Source: a virus. From it: a stretch of 64,000 bases of DNA. Each line of letters begins with the position of its first letter. Position 1 is the first letter of the stretch. This document shows, one piece after another, positions 57,675-64,000 of this stretch. The stretch covers positions 9,219-73,218 of the IMG/VR virus record IMGVR_UViG_3300021088_000008; one strand, given 5' to 3'. The translations under genes were made by a program, and so were the position numbers. The notes beneath the pieces were generated by a model. That model had not been told where the DNA came from. It searched no databases and saw only the letters and a program-made list of their open reading frames with translations.

Positions 57675-58016
57675 TCAAAGGTCGACATCGTCGAAGATTG
57701 ACCGCGCGCCGCGGTCGTCCAGCAAAGTCCCATCGGCGGCGTATTTCGGTGCGCCGTTGGGGTGTTTCTCGGCGGCCTGCGCCGCGTACATCGCGCGGAC
57801 TTCTTCGCCATAGTCGGGCGGGTCGTCCACGGCGCCATGGGTGTTCCGAGCGAACGCGTCGCAAGTCTGGCGCTCGGTCGCATAGCGGCCCTTCATGACA
57901 CCGGTTCCGAGGCACATTGCTACGACTTCGCCGGCCTGGACCATTGCCACCATCTCGGACCAATAGCGGCAGCCGCTGCAGTTCCTATCGCCAATCCATC
58001 CGGTGCGCGCCATCAC
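57675..58016 (-). CDS. Cys-rich hypothetical protein
   Basis: CSGCRYWSEM..AMCL..TC. Confidence 0.55.
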   Translation of the reverse strand: MMARTGWIGDRNCSGCRYWSEMVAMVQAGEVVAMCLGTGVMKGRYATERQTCDAFARNTHGAVDDPPDYGEEVRAMYAAQAAEKHPNGAPKYAADGTLLDDRGARSIFDDVDL

Positions 58017-58164
58017 TTCACCTTTCCGCCGGCGCCGATGATCGCATCGACGGCTATTTTTCTGATCTTGAAATACTCATCGCTGCCGAGCGGCGCCCCT
58101 TGCGCGAAGATGATCAGATTGATCTCGTTGAGAGCGTCGATCAGTTTTTTCTCGGCGGTCGTCA

Positions 58165-59094
58165 TCAATACACCTTGGAGCGTGGCTTCTTGCCGAATCG
58201 CGCGCCGGCGATCTGAACCGAAGTATCGTTGCTGTATCCGACGCTTTCAGCATATTTGTTGAGGGCGGTTTCCAGCGCAGCCATCGGGATGTAGGGGCGC
58301 AGCTTTTCGAGGTCGAGCAACTTGCGATCGGTGATCTCCCGGAATTTCTCGGACGCCATGCCGGACAGGATTCCGTCATCGCTACGGTTCCGCATGATAT
58401 CCGTCGCCGTCGCCAAGGTATCAACGTACGTATCCTCAGCCCTCCCGGTCGATACCGCCGCCTCGACGCGGGCCTCTGACAGTGCTTCTGAGGCGGCCTG
58501 GGCGGCCTGGGCGGCTTCCTCAGCCTCCTGCGCCCGAGCGGCGCGGCTCGCGTCCGTCCTGGCGCGCTCGGCCTTCAGACGGGCTTCCTCGGCAGCGGCA
58601 GCGGCGGCGGCGGCCTCCCGCCGGGCCTTGTCCTCGGCTTCCTGCTTCGCCCTGGCGATCTTGGCAGCTTCCTCGGCCTCGCGGCGGCGGCGCTCTTTCT
58701 CGGCCTCGAGCACGGCGGTATCGTATTCGGTCAGAATCCGGTTAAGGCGATCGCCTTCGCCTTCCCTGGCCTTCTTGTCCTTGCGGCCAAGTTTGTCGAG
58801 GAGCATCCCGAACCAACCGTTCACGCCGCGCTGACGCTCCAGATGTGGGGCGACTTCGGACTCCCGCACGCCATTGATGCGCTTATAGGCGTCGCGCATG
58901 TCCTTGATCAGACCGGTGACGACATCACGATTGTCCTTGGTTACGACCTCAATCGGCTCCGATTTCGCGGTGAGTTCCTCGACAGTCTCTTCGAGGTAGG
59001 CATAATCGCTCTTGAGGCGGTCGACCTCGTTCTTGGCGAAGTCAACAACTTGGACGTTGTCGCCGATCCCGGCGCGTGGATTTAGATCAGACAT
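58165..59094 (-). CDS. Long coiled-coil protein
   Basis: ATG at 59094, GIGDN motif, Ala/Glu/Arg-rich helix. Confidence 0.7.
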   Translation of the reverse strand: MSDLNPRAGIGDNVQVVDFAKNEVDRLKSDYAYLEETVEELTAKSEPIEVVTKDNRDVVTGLIKDMRDAYKRINGVRESEVAPHLERQRGVNGWFGMLLDKLGRKDKKAREGEGDRLNRILTEYDTAVLEAEKERRRREAEEAAKIARAKQEAEDKARREAAAAAAAAEEARLKAERARTDASRAARAQEAEEAAQAAQAASEALSEARVEAAVSTGRAEDTYVDTLATATDIMRNRSDDGILSGMASEKFREITDRKLLDLEKLRPYIPMAALETALNKYAESVGYSNDTSVQIAGARFGKKPRSKVY

Positions 59095-59131
59095 TGGTTC
59101 TTTTCCTTCGAAAAATGGCTGGCGCTGTTCG

Positions 59132-59707
59132 TCAGATCGGCATGTCGTCGTCGCCGATCGAAGCGGCATCGACGGCGGGCGGAGCGGCGATCGGCATCGC
59201 ATACTTCTCCGGAACCGCAGCCTCGATTCCCATCGGGCCATCGGTGCCGAGATCGGATGCGGCAACGGTTGCCGGATCTTTCCAATCTGGATGCCAATTC
59301 GGAAGGGTCGGCTGAATGAGAACCGGGCCGCTTCCGTCCATGTGTTCGATCTGGCCGGGCAGTGGGGGAGGCTCGACGTACGCTTCAAGCTCGTTCGCGT
59401 CGATCGTATACATGCCGCCCGCGTCTTCGCCTGTCTCGCACTTGACCCAAACGTATGGATCGCTAACGCCGCAAATAGTGCCTGGGCCATCAAATTCGAG
59501 GCTTTTCACCGTCTCGCCGACCTCCCAATTGCGGGAGTAAATCGAATGGATTTCGGAGACGGTCATGAAGAATTTATTGGTCTCATACCCGACGATCTCG
59601 AAATAGCATTGGATGTCGGGCTCGTCTTTGTAAGCATCGCGCTTCGCCCGCGCTTGAACGAGGACGATGTCCCCCTTGCGGGGAAGGTAGCCTTCAGGAA
59701 GTGGCAT
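59132..59707 (-). CDS. Hypothetical protein
   Basis: AAGGA RBS, SH3-like N-terminus, acidic Pro-rich tail. Confidence 0.6.
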   Translation of the reverse strand: MPLPEGYLPRKGDIVLVQARAKRDAYKDEPDIQCYFEIVGYETNKFFMTVSEIHSIYSRNWEVGETVKSLEFDGPGTICGVSDPYVWVKCETGEDAGGMYTIDANELEAYVEPPPLPGQIEHMDGSGPVLIQPTLPNWHPDWKDPATVAASDLGTDGPMGIEAAVPEKYAMPIAAPPAVDAASIGDDDMPI

Positions 59708-59759
59708 CGGAGTTGTCCTTTGGTTGGTGGTGGATGATGGAGCGTTGCGGCGATCGCAA

Positions 59760-59969
59760 TCACAGCAACATCAGCAAGAGTTCCTCGGCACCATAGACCT
59801 TCGGCTCGCCGCATTCCTCACATTCGTATTCGCATGCATCGGGTTCAACGCTTTCGGCCTCGGCGCCGCAGGCGATGCAAAATCCTGGGTTGTCGAGGGA
59901 TGACTGATGGCGCGCAACGGCTTCTTGGATGCGCTCTAACGTGATTGAAATGTGGTGCTTCAAGGTCAT
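59760..59969 (-). CDS. Small zinc-ribbon protein
   Basis: GFCIACG..VEPDA..YECEECG..VYGAEEL. Confidence 0.7.
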   Translation of the reverse strand: MTLKHHISITLERIQEAVARHQSSLDNPGFCIACGAEAESVEPDACEYECEECGEPKVYGAEELLLMLL

Positions 59970-60115
59970 GGCGGGGTTCCCTTAGATCAGGCCGACGTAC
60001 ATCGCGCCGCAAACGGCGAGGGCCGTGGCGGTGGCGCCGAGCGCCAAAAAGTAAAGGGCCGCACCGAGGCAAACCCTCTGCACGACCTCTAAAGTGTCAA
60101 GAATGTTGTTGTTGC

Positions 60116-60505
60116 TCATTTCGATTCTCCAGCGATATCGACCTGAGAAAAGAACGACACCTTGGTTCGGTACGGCATGCCGTGCTTCAGCATGAGGGCG
60201 CCGATATCCGTCTTAATTTCGTCCCCGAGTTCAACGCCGGGCGTCAGAACGTAGATCCCGACTGTTCTTCCCTGCTCCACCAATTCCCCAAAATGGAAAT
60301 CTCGGCATACGGATCGGAGGATGCGGCAGATCGGCCAATAGATCTGCTCCGAGATGCCAACATTGAAGCCATCCGGAACGATTTTGAGGCCAGTTCTTTT
60401 CAGTTCACGCAAGATGCCGATGACATCGCAGGATTGCCCGCCGCCCGCATCGATCGCACGGGCGATTGCCTCATTCAAATTGTCTGGGTTTTGCTCGTTG
60501 CTCAT
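60116..60505 (-). CDS. Hypothetical protein (first gene of the leftward operon)
   Basis: AAGGGG RBS, no HTH recognisable. Confidence 0.55.
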   Translation of the reverse strand: MSNEQNPDNLNEAIARAIDAGGGQSCDVIGILRELKRTGLKIVPDGFNVGISEQIYWPICRILRSVCRDFHFGELVEQGRTVGIYVLTPGVELGDEIKTDIGALMLKHGMPYRTKVSFFSQVDIAGESK

Positions 60506-60544
60506 CTCAATCGCCCCTTTCCCGGGTTACGTTGCCCGATCAAC

Positions 60545-60628
60545 CTAGGGATAATTCTCCCTTGTGTCCACAACAATTTTGAAATTTCCGGGTTGTCGAT
60601 TTGTTCCACGGGTGCTAGACGATCGGGC
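60545..60628. promoter_or_regulatory. Divergent promoter region
   Basis: Rightward TTGTCG(60593)-N17-TAGACG, 7 nt before ATG 60629. Leftward TTGTTG-N17-TATCCC. Confidence 0.45.
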
Positions 60629-60913
60629 ATGTCAGAACAAACAATGCGCCAAAATCTATTCGTGATCGCCCAGGCCTATGCCGAGGCGACCGGGCTTTCG
60701 ATGGTGACCGTGGGCAAGAAAATCCATGGAAATGGGGACTTTTTCGGCGAGTTCCTCAACGGCGACATCTCGTGCGGCGTCAATACGTACTACCATCTGG
60801 TGAATCGGTTCCGGGCCAGATGGCCGAAGGGCGCGCCGTGGCCGAAAACGCGCCCAATCGGAAGTCTGGGGAAAAAAATCGACGCAGGCTTCGTGGACGA
60901 CAAGCGCTCGTAG
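60629..60913 (+). CDS. Cro-like DNA-binding protein
   Basis: AYAEATGLSMVTVGKKIHGNGDFF..WPKGAPWP. First gene after the strand switch. Confidence 0.7.
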   Translation: MSEQTMRQNLFVIAQAYAEATGLSMVTVGKKIHGNGDFFGEFLNGDISCGVNTYYHLVNRFRARWPKGAPWPKTRPIGSLGKKIDAGFVDDKRS

Positions 60914-60948
60914 CGCCCGATTCGCGAATCCGATAGGGATTGCGAATC

Positions 60949-61158
60949 ATGGAAAATCTGATGGAAGACCCCCAAGACACTGTCTGGATCAGCATCCCGT
61001 TGGACCCGCTGACGGCCGCGCGCCTGCGGAACCTGTCGGACGTTTGCCATGCGGACCCGATCGGCGTAGCAGCGTCCCTTCTTCACGACGTGCTTGCCGA
61101 AGACGATGAAGCGCACAGCCCCTCTGGCGCCGAGGCTGGCGCCATCACGATCAACTGA
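60949..61158 (+). CDS. Small protein (ribbon-helix-helix-like)
   Basis: ISIPLDP..RL..L..AASLLHDVL. Confidence 0.55.
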   Translation: MENLMEDPQDTVWISIPLDPLTAARLRNLSDVCHADPIGVAASLLHDVLAEDDEAHSPSGAEAGAITIN

Positions 61159-61180
61159 ACCCCAACCCTGAGAGGACGAC

Positions 61181-61720
61181 ATGGCGAGACCAAAAGCCGA
61201 GACCACCGTAGGTGAAGCGTTCGAGACGACCATCATTTTCCCGCCGAAGTCGGTCGTCGAGGAACTCGCAGAAGCGAAGCGCCAGACCAAGAAGCGTACG
61301 CAATCGGCGAACGGCACGCTCGGCGAGAAGATCGGGAAGGCTGTCGAGGAGAAACACCTGGACCGCAAGGCTTTCTCGATCGCCTGCCAGCTCGACGCGA
61401 TGGACGATGAGCGCTTGCACATCACGTTCCATTCGCTCCTCAAGTATTGCGAGGATCTCGGCGTGACGCGGCGGGCGACCGCCCAGGAGGAATTGTTCGA
61501 GCCTGGCGCCGATGCGGAGCCCGAGGCCAAAATCGCCGACACGAAGCCCAAGAAGGGCGCCGCGAAGCCCGACAAGAAGCCGGAACCCAAGCCGAGCAAG
61601 AAGAACGGCAAGGAGCAGAGCCCGGCCGAAAAGGAAGCGCTGCTAGCGAAGGTGGGCCGCGGCAGGGATGTCGCCGAGACCGCCGGCAACGATGATGTGA
61701 AGAAACACCCGCTGAACTGA
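61181..61720 (+). CDS. Putative DNA-binding protein (GapR-like helical core) with a Lys/Pro-rich tail
   Basis: GAGGA RBS, KAVEEKHLDRKAFSIACQLDAMD. Confidence 0.55.
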   Translation: MARPKAETTVGEAFETTIIFPPKSVVEELAEAKRQTKKRTQSANGTLGEKIGKAVEEKHLDRKAFSIACQLDAMDDERLHITFHSLLKYCEDLGVTRRATAQEELFEPGADAEPEAKIADTKPKKGAAKPDKKPEPKPSKKNGKEQSPAEKEALLAKVGRGRDVAETAGNDDVKKHPLN

Positions 61721-61724
61721 CCCG

Positions 61725-62264
61725 ATGGATGCCCAGCGAATGCTCCCGACGAGCGGCAATAAGAAGCGTTCAACGATCTCGCGCGGGGACGTTGAACGCT
61801 TGCTTCGGTATGAGCAGGAAACCGGCCATTTTTATTGGCGGGTGACTAATTCAAATCGGGCCAAGGCAGGCTCCCTTGCTGGGAGTAGTTTGCGCCACGG
61901 TCATGTCAGCATCAATATCAACGGAAAAAGATATCTTGCCCATCGGTTGGTGTGGCTAATAACTTACGATGCTTGGCCTCCAGACGAGATTGATCATAAA
62001 AATGGAGACGCAGGCGACAATCGAATCGACAACCTCAGAATTGCGACGCATGCAGAGAATATGCGGAATTGTCGCAAACGTTCTGATAATATCAGCGGAT
62101 TTAAGGGAGTAGATTGGCGCCACGATAAGGGAAAGTGGCGCGCTAAGATCCATCTCAATGGTAAAAGTCTTCACCTCGGTTATTTTCAGACTGCTGAGGC
62201 TGCTCATATCGCTTATTGCTCTGCTGCCGATAGGCACCACGGAGAATTTGCGAGATTTTCATGA
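61725..62264 (+). CDS. HNH-AP2 homing endonuclease
   Basis: YLAHRLVW..EIDHKNG..DNRIDNLR.AT..EN..N and SGFKGV..KWRAKI..HLGYF..AE.AH.AY..HGEFA. Confidence 0.92.
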   Translation: MDAQRMLPTSGNKKRSTISRGDVERLLRYEQETGHFYWRVTNSNRAKAGSLAGSSLRHGHVSININGKRYLAHRLVWLITYDAWPPDEIDHKNGDAGDNRIDNLRIATHAENMRNCRKRSDNISGFKGVDWRHDKGKWRAKIHLNGKSLHLGYFQTAEAAHIAYCSAADRHHGEFARFS

Positions 62265-62821
62265 GCGAACAACCTATCCTTCCTTTGCTCAATTGGCCTG
62301 CTCTTGTGCTGGGTGATATATTTGTCTGCTTCGAGCTGCAGGGGCCGCCGGCGCACAAGGCGCGGCACCGGTCCCGGCTGGTGATTCCGCGGGAGGTATG
62401 GGTTCACACGGCGCGGAGTTCTTTCATCCCGAAGGAAAACGTCAAGAAGCTCTTCATCCAGCAATATCCGGACCCTGGCACCGAGAAAGCCGAGAAGGTC
62501 CTCGCCGAGGCGGCGGCACTGTTCATGCGCGGGCGCGCGCCGACCGAGAACCCGGTGGCGCTGCTGGTCCACGTCTACAAGGCGATTCCCGAAAGTTGGT
62601 CCAAGACCGATAAAGCCAAGGCGCGCGCGGGCGCGATCTTGCCGACGTCAAAACCCGATGGCGACAATTTTTTGAAGTTGGTTCAGGATTCGCTGAATCA
62701 AATCGTCTGGCGGGACGATAGCCAGGTCGTCGACGCGAGGGTGATCAAGCGCTATGACCCGATGCCTGCCATGCGTATCGAAGTTCGGGAATTCCTGCCG
62801 CCATGTCCACCGCCTATCTGA
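62261..62821 (+). CDS. rusA: RusA-family Holliday junction resolvase
   Basis: PTSKPDGDNFLKLVQDSLNQIVWRDDSQVV. Confidence 0.88.
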   Translation: MSEQPILPLLNWPALVLGDIFVCFELQGPPAHKARHRSRLVIPREVWVHTARSSFIPKENVKKLFIQQYPDPGTEKAEKVLAEAAALFMRGRAPTENPVALLVHVYKAIPESWSKTDKAKARAGAILPTSKPDGDNFLKLVQDSLNQIVWRDDSQVVDARVIKRYDPMPAMRIEVREFLPPCPPPI

Positions 62822-63126
62822 CGCAAGTTCTGGTCACGATCTCCAAGGCATGTCGGCCCAACAGCCCGGTGGCGGGTCGGGATTGGGCGAACGTCAAGCC
62901 TCGCGGCAGGTCCATCCCTTGCTTCACGGCCGCACTGGCGGCACTGGCGCGGGCCGGGCTGATCCACCGGAGGGGCTGGCTCGTGAAACTTTCCCCGCTC
63001 GGATACGAACTGGTCGAGCGCTGGCGGACCGCTGAAGCCGCTCGGCGCCGCCGCCTGCCGCTTTGGGCTCCGGTGCGTCCTGATCCAGAGAGCGCATTCG
63101 CCGGCCTCGGGGATAAATCTTCATGA
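62803..63126 (+). CDS. Winged-helix-like hypothetical protein
   Basis: LAALARAGLI..VKLSPLG. Confidence 0.4.
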   Translation: MSTAYLTQVLVTISKACRPNSPVAGRDWANVKPRGRSIPCFTAALAALARAGLIHRRGWLVKLSPLGYELVERWRTAEAARRRRLPLWAPVRPDPESAFAGLGDKSS

Positions 63127-63143
63127 AATTTTGCATTCCCCTC

Positions 63144-63173
63144 TTGACTGGATAGTCCATTTGGCCCTATGTT
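63144..63173 (+). promoter_or_regulatory. Sigma70-like promoter
   Basis: TTGACT-N18-TATGTT upstream of 63221. Confidence 0.5.
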
Positions 63174-63220
63174 GCGTTTGCCGACAGGGCAATGGTGCCC
63201 GCCAGAGATGGAGACGACAG

Positions 63221-63454
63221 ATGATCTCAATTTCCGGAAATACCTACGCAGTCCGAACTCAGCTCGCCGCATTGGGTGGAAAGTGGAATGCCGCTACCAA
63301 GCAATGGATGGTGCCCGCCGATCGCGCTGCTGAAGCTCGGAAGCTGGTAGCCGGCGCGGCCAAAACATCCAATCGAAACGGCGGATTGCGGTACAAGGAT
63401 GGCATGTCGTATTACGACCGCAATGGCTGCTTCGTTCTCGGCGATGATGATTGA
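63221..63454 (+). CDS. Small phage protein (DUF5710-like)
   Basis: GNTYAVRTQLAALGGKWNAATKQW, GGAG RBS. Confidence 0.7.
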   Translation: MISISGNTYAVRTQLAALGGKWNAATKQWMVPADRAAEARKLVAGAAKTSNRNGGLRYKDGMSYYDRNGCFVLGDDD

Positions 63455-63464
63455 GGAGGGCAAC

Positions 63465-63713
63465 ATGACTCGACATACGATCAACGGATCAACTGTGACG
63501 ATCCAATACGAGAACTATGCTCCGTTGCACCTGCTGAGCAGCGGTCCTCGTAACGGCCCCGCGGCCGAGGGATATGCCATCTATTGTGGTGTTCCCAGCC
63601 CAAGTAACCGCAGGCTCAATTTCTCGTTTCTCCCGCACTACGCTGGGTTATTCCCGACCGAGGCAGAGGCTCTCGCGTGGTGTGAGGCTCATCTGCATTG
63701 CGTTTCAGCCTGA
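63465..63713 (+). CDS. Hypothetical protein
   Basis: GAGGAGG RBS. Confidence 0.6.
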   Translation: MTRHTINGSTVTIQYENYAPLHLLSSGPRNGPAAEGYAIYCGVPSPSNRRLNFSFLPHYAGLFPTEAEALAWCEAHLHCVSA

Positions 63714-63925
63714 TGACTCCCGCTGAGCTAAAATCCATCCGCCACAGCCTCGGCCTCAGTGCCGAGGCCTTTGCTCGGTTGGTGCGCGTCGCGAGCGGGC
63801 GTGCGGTGCGGCGCTGGGAAGCTGGCGATCGGGATATCCCCGGCCCAGTCGAGGTGATTGCGGAGGGACTTCGCGACAGCAGTTTGCTGCGGGGGCATTT
63901 CGGCGTCTCCATCATCTCGGAATAG
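63713..63925 (+). CDS. XRE-family HTH protein
   Basis: MTPAELKSIRHSLGLSAEAFARLV..RAVRRWEAGDRDIPGPV. Confidence 0.8.
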   Translation: MTPAELKSIRHSLGLSAEAFARLVRVASGRAVRRWEAGDRDIPGPVEVIAEGLRDSSLLRGHFGVSIISE

Positions 63926-64000
63926 GCAGGAACAAAATCTCATGGCGACCAAGCTCAAGACCCTGGTCAAAGCGCATAGATGGGCGCGCGAATCGAATGA

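Noticed and set aside
59095-59493. N-terminal extension of ORF 58165-59493
   Set aside because: Overlaps 59132-59707. ATG 59094 has an RBS and a typical start.
1-64000. tRNA, rRNA, integrase/att site, IS element
   Set aside because: No cloverleaf, rRNA-like tract, recombinase or transposase motif was recognised by eye. A tRNAscan/Infernal run is needed to be sure.

Overview
The window is a contiguous stretch of a GC-rich tailed phage (or prophage) with a contractile tail, most likely infecting an alphaproteobacterium of the Hyphomicrobiales. That host call is inferred from a RopB/Omp25-like porin gene and a Cro-like gene. The + strand from 1 to about 48.8 kb carries the late genes: the 3' part of terL, a DUF1073 portal, a MuF protein, a DUF2213 protease, scaffold, DUF2184 capsid, neck, DUF3383 sheath, tube, chaperones, tape measure, baseplate, fibres and lysis genes. 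The - strand from about 48.7 to 60.5 kb carries early and recombination genes (ERF, YqaJ, HIRAN, J-domain, DUF1643). A Cro-like gene, HNH-AP2 and RusA follow on the + strand. No integrase, CI repressor, tRNA or CRISPR array was seen. Five observations stand out. (1) The portal contains an intein whose middle encodes an HNH/zinc-finger endonuclease in a different (-1) reading frame, with both frames open; a G GGA AAT slippery heptamer and a hairpin sit where the nuclease-like sequence begins. (2) Nearly all fibre and fibre-associated proteins carry signal peptides and even cysteine counts, suggesting periplasmic folding of virion parts. (3) An A-x-D motif recurs at domain boundaries of the head proteins and brackets possible cargo domains (a portal C-terminal extension and a Nudix hydrolase). 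(4) One ~60-aa beta-rich module occurs 9 times in 5 structural proteins. (5) A candidate structured RNA flanked by GTTCAAA arrays lies between terL and portal. All family assignments come from motif recognition by eye, not database searches.
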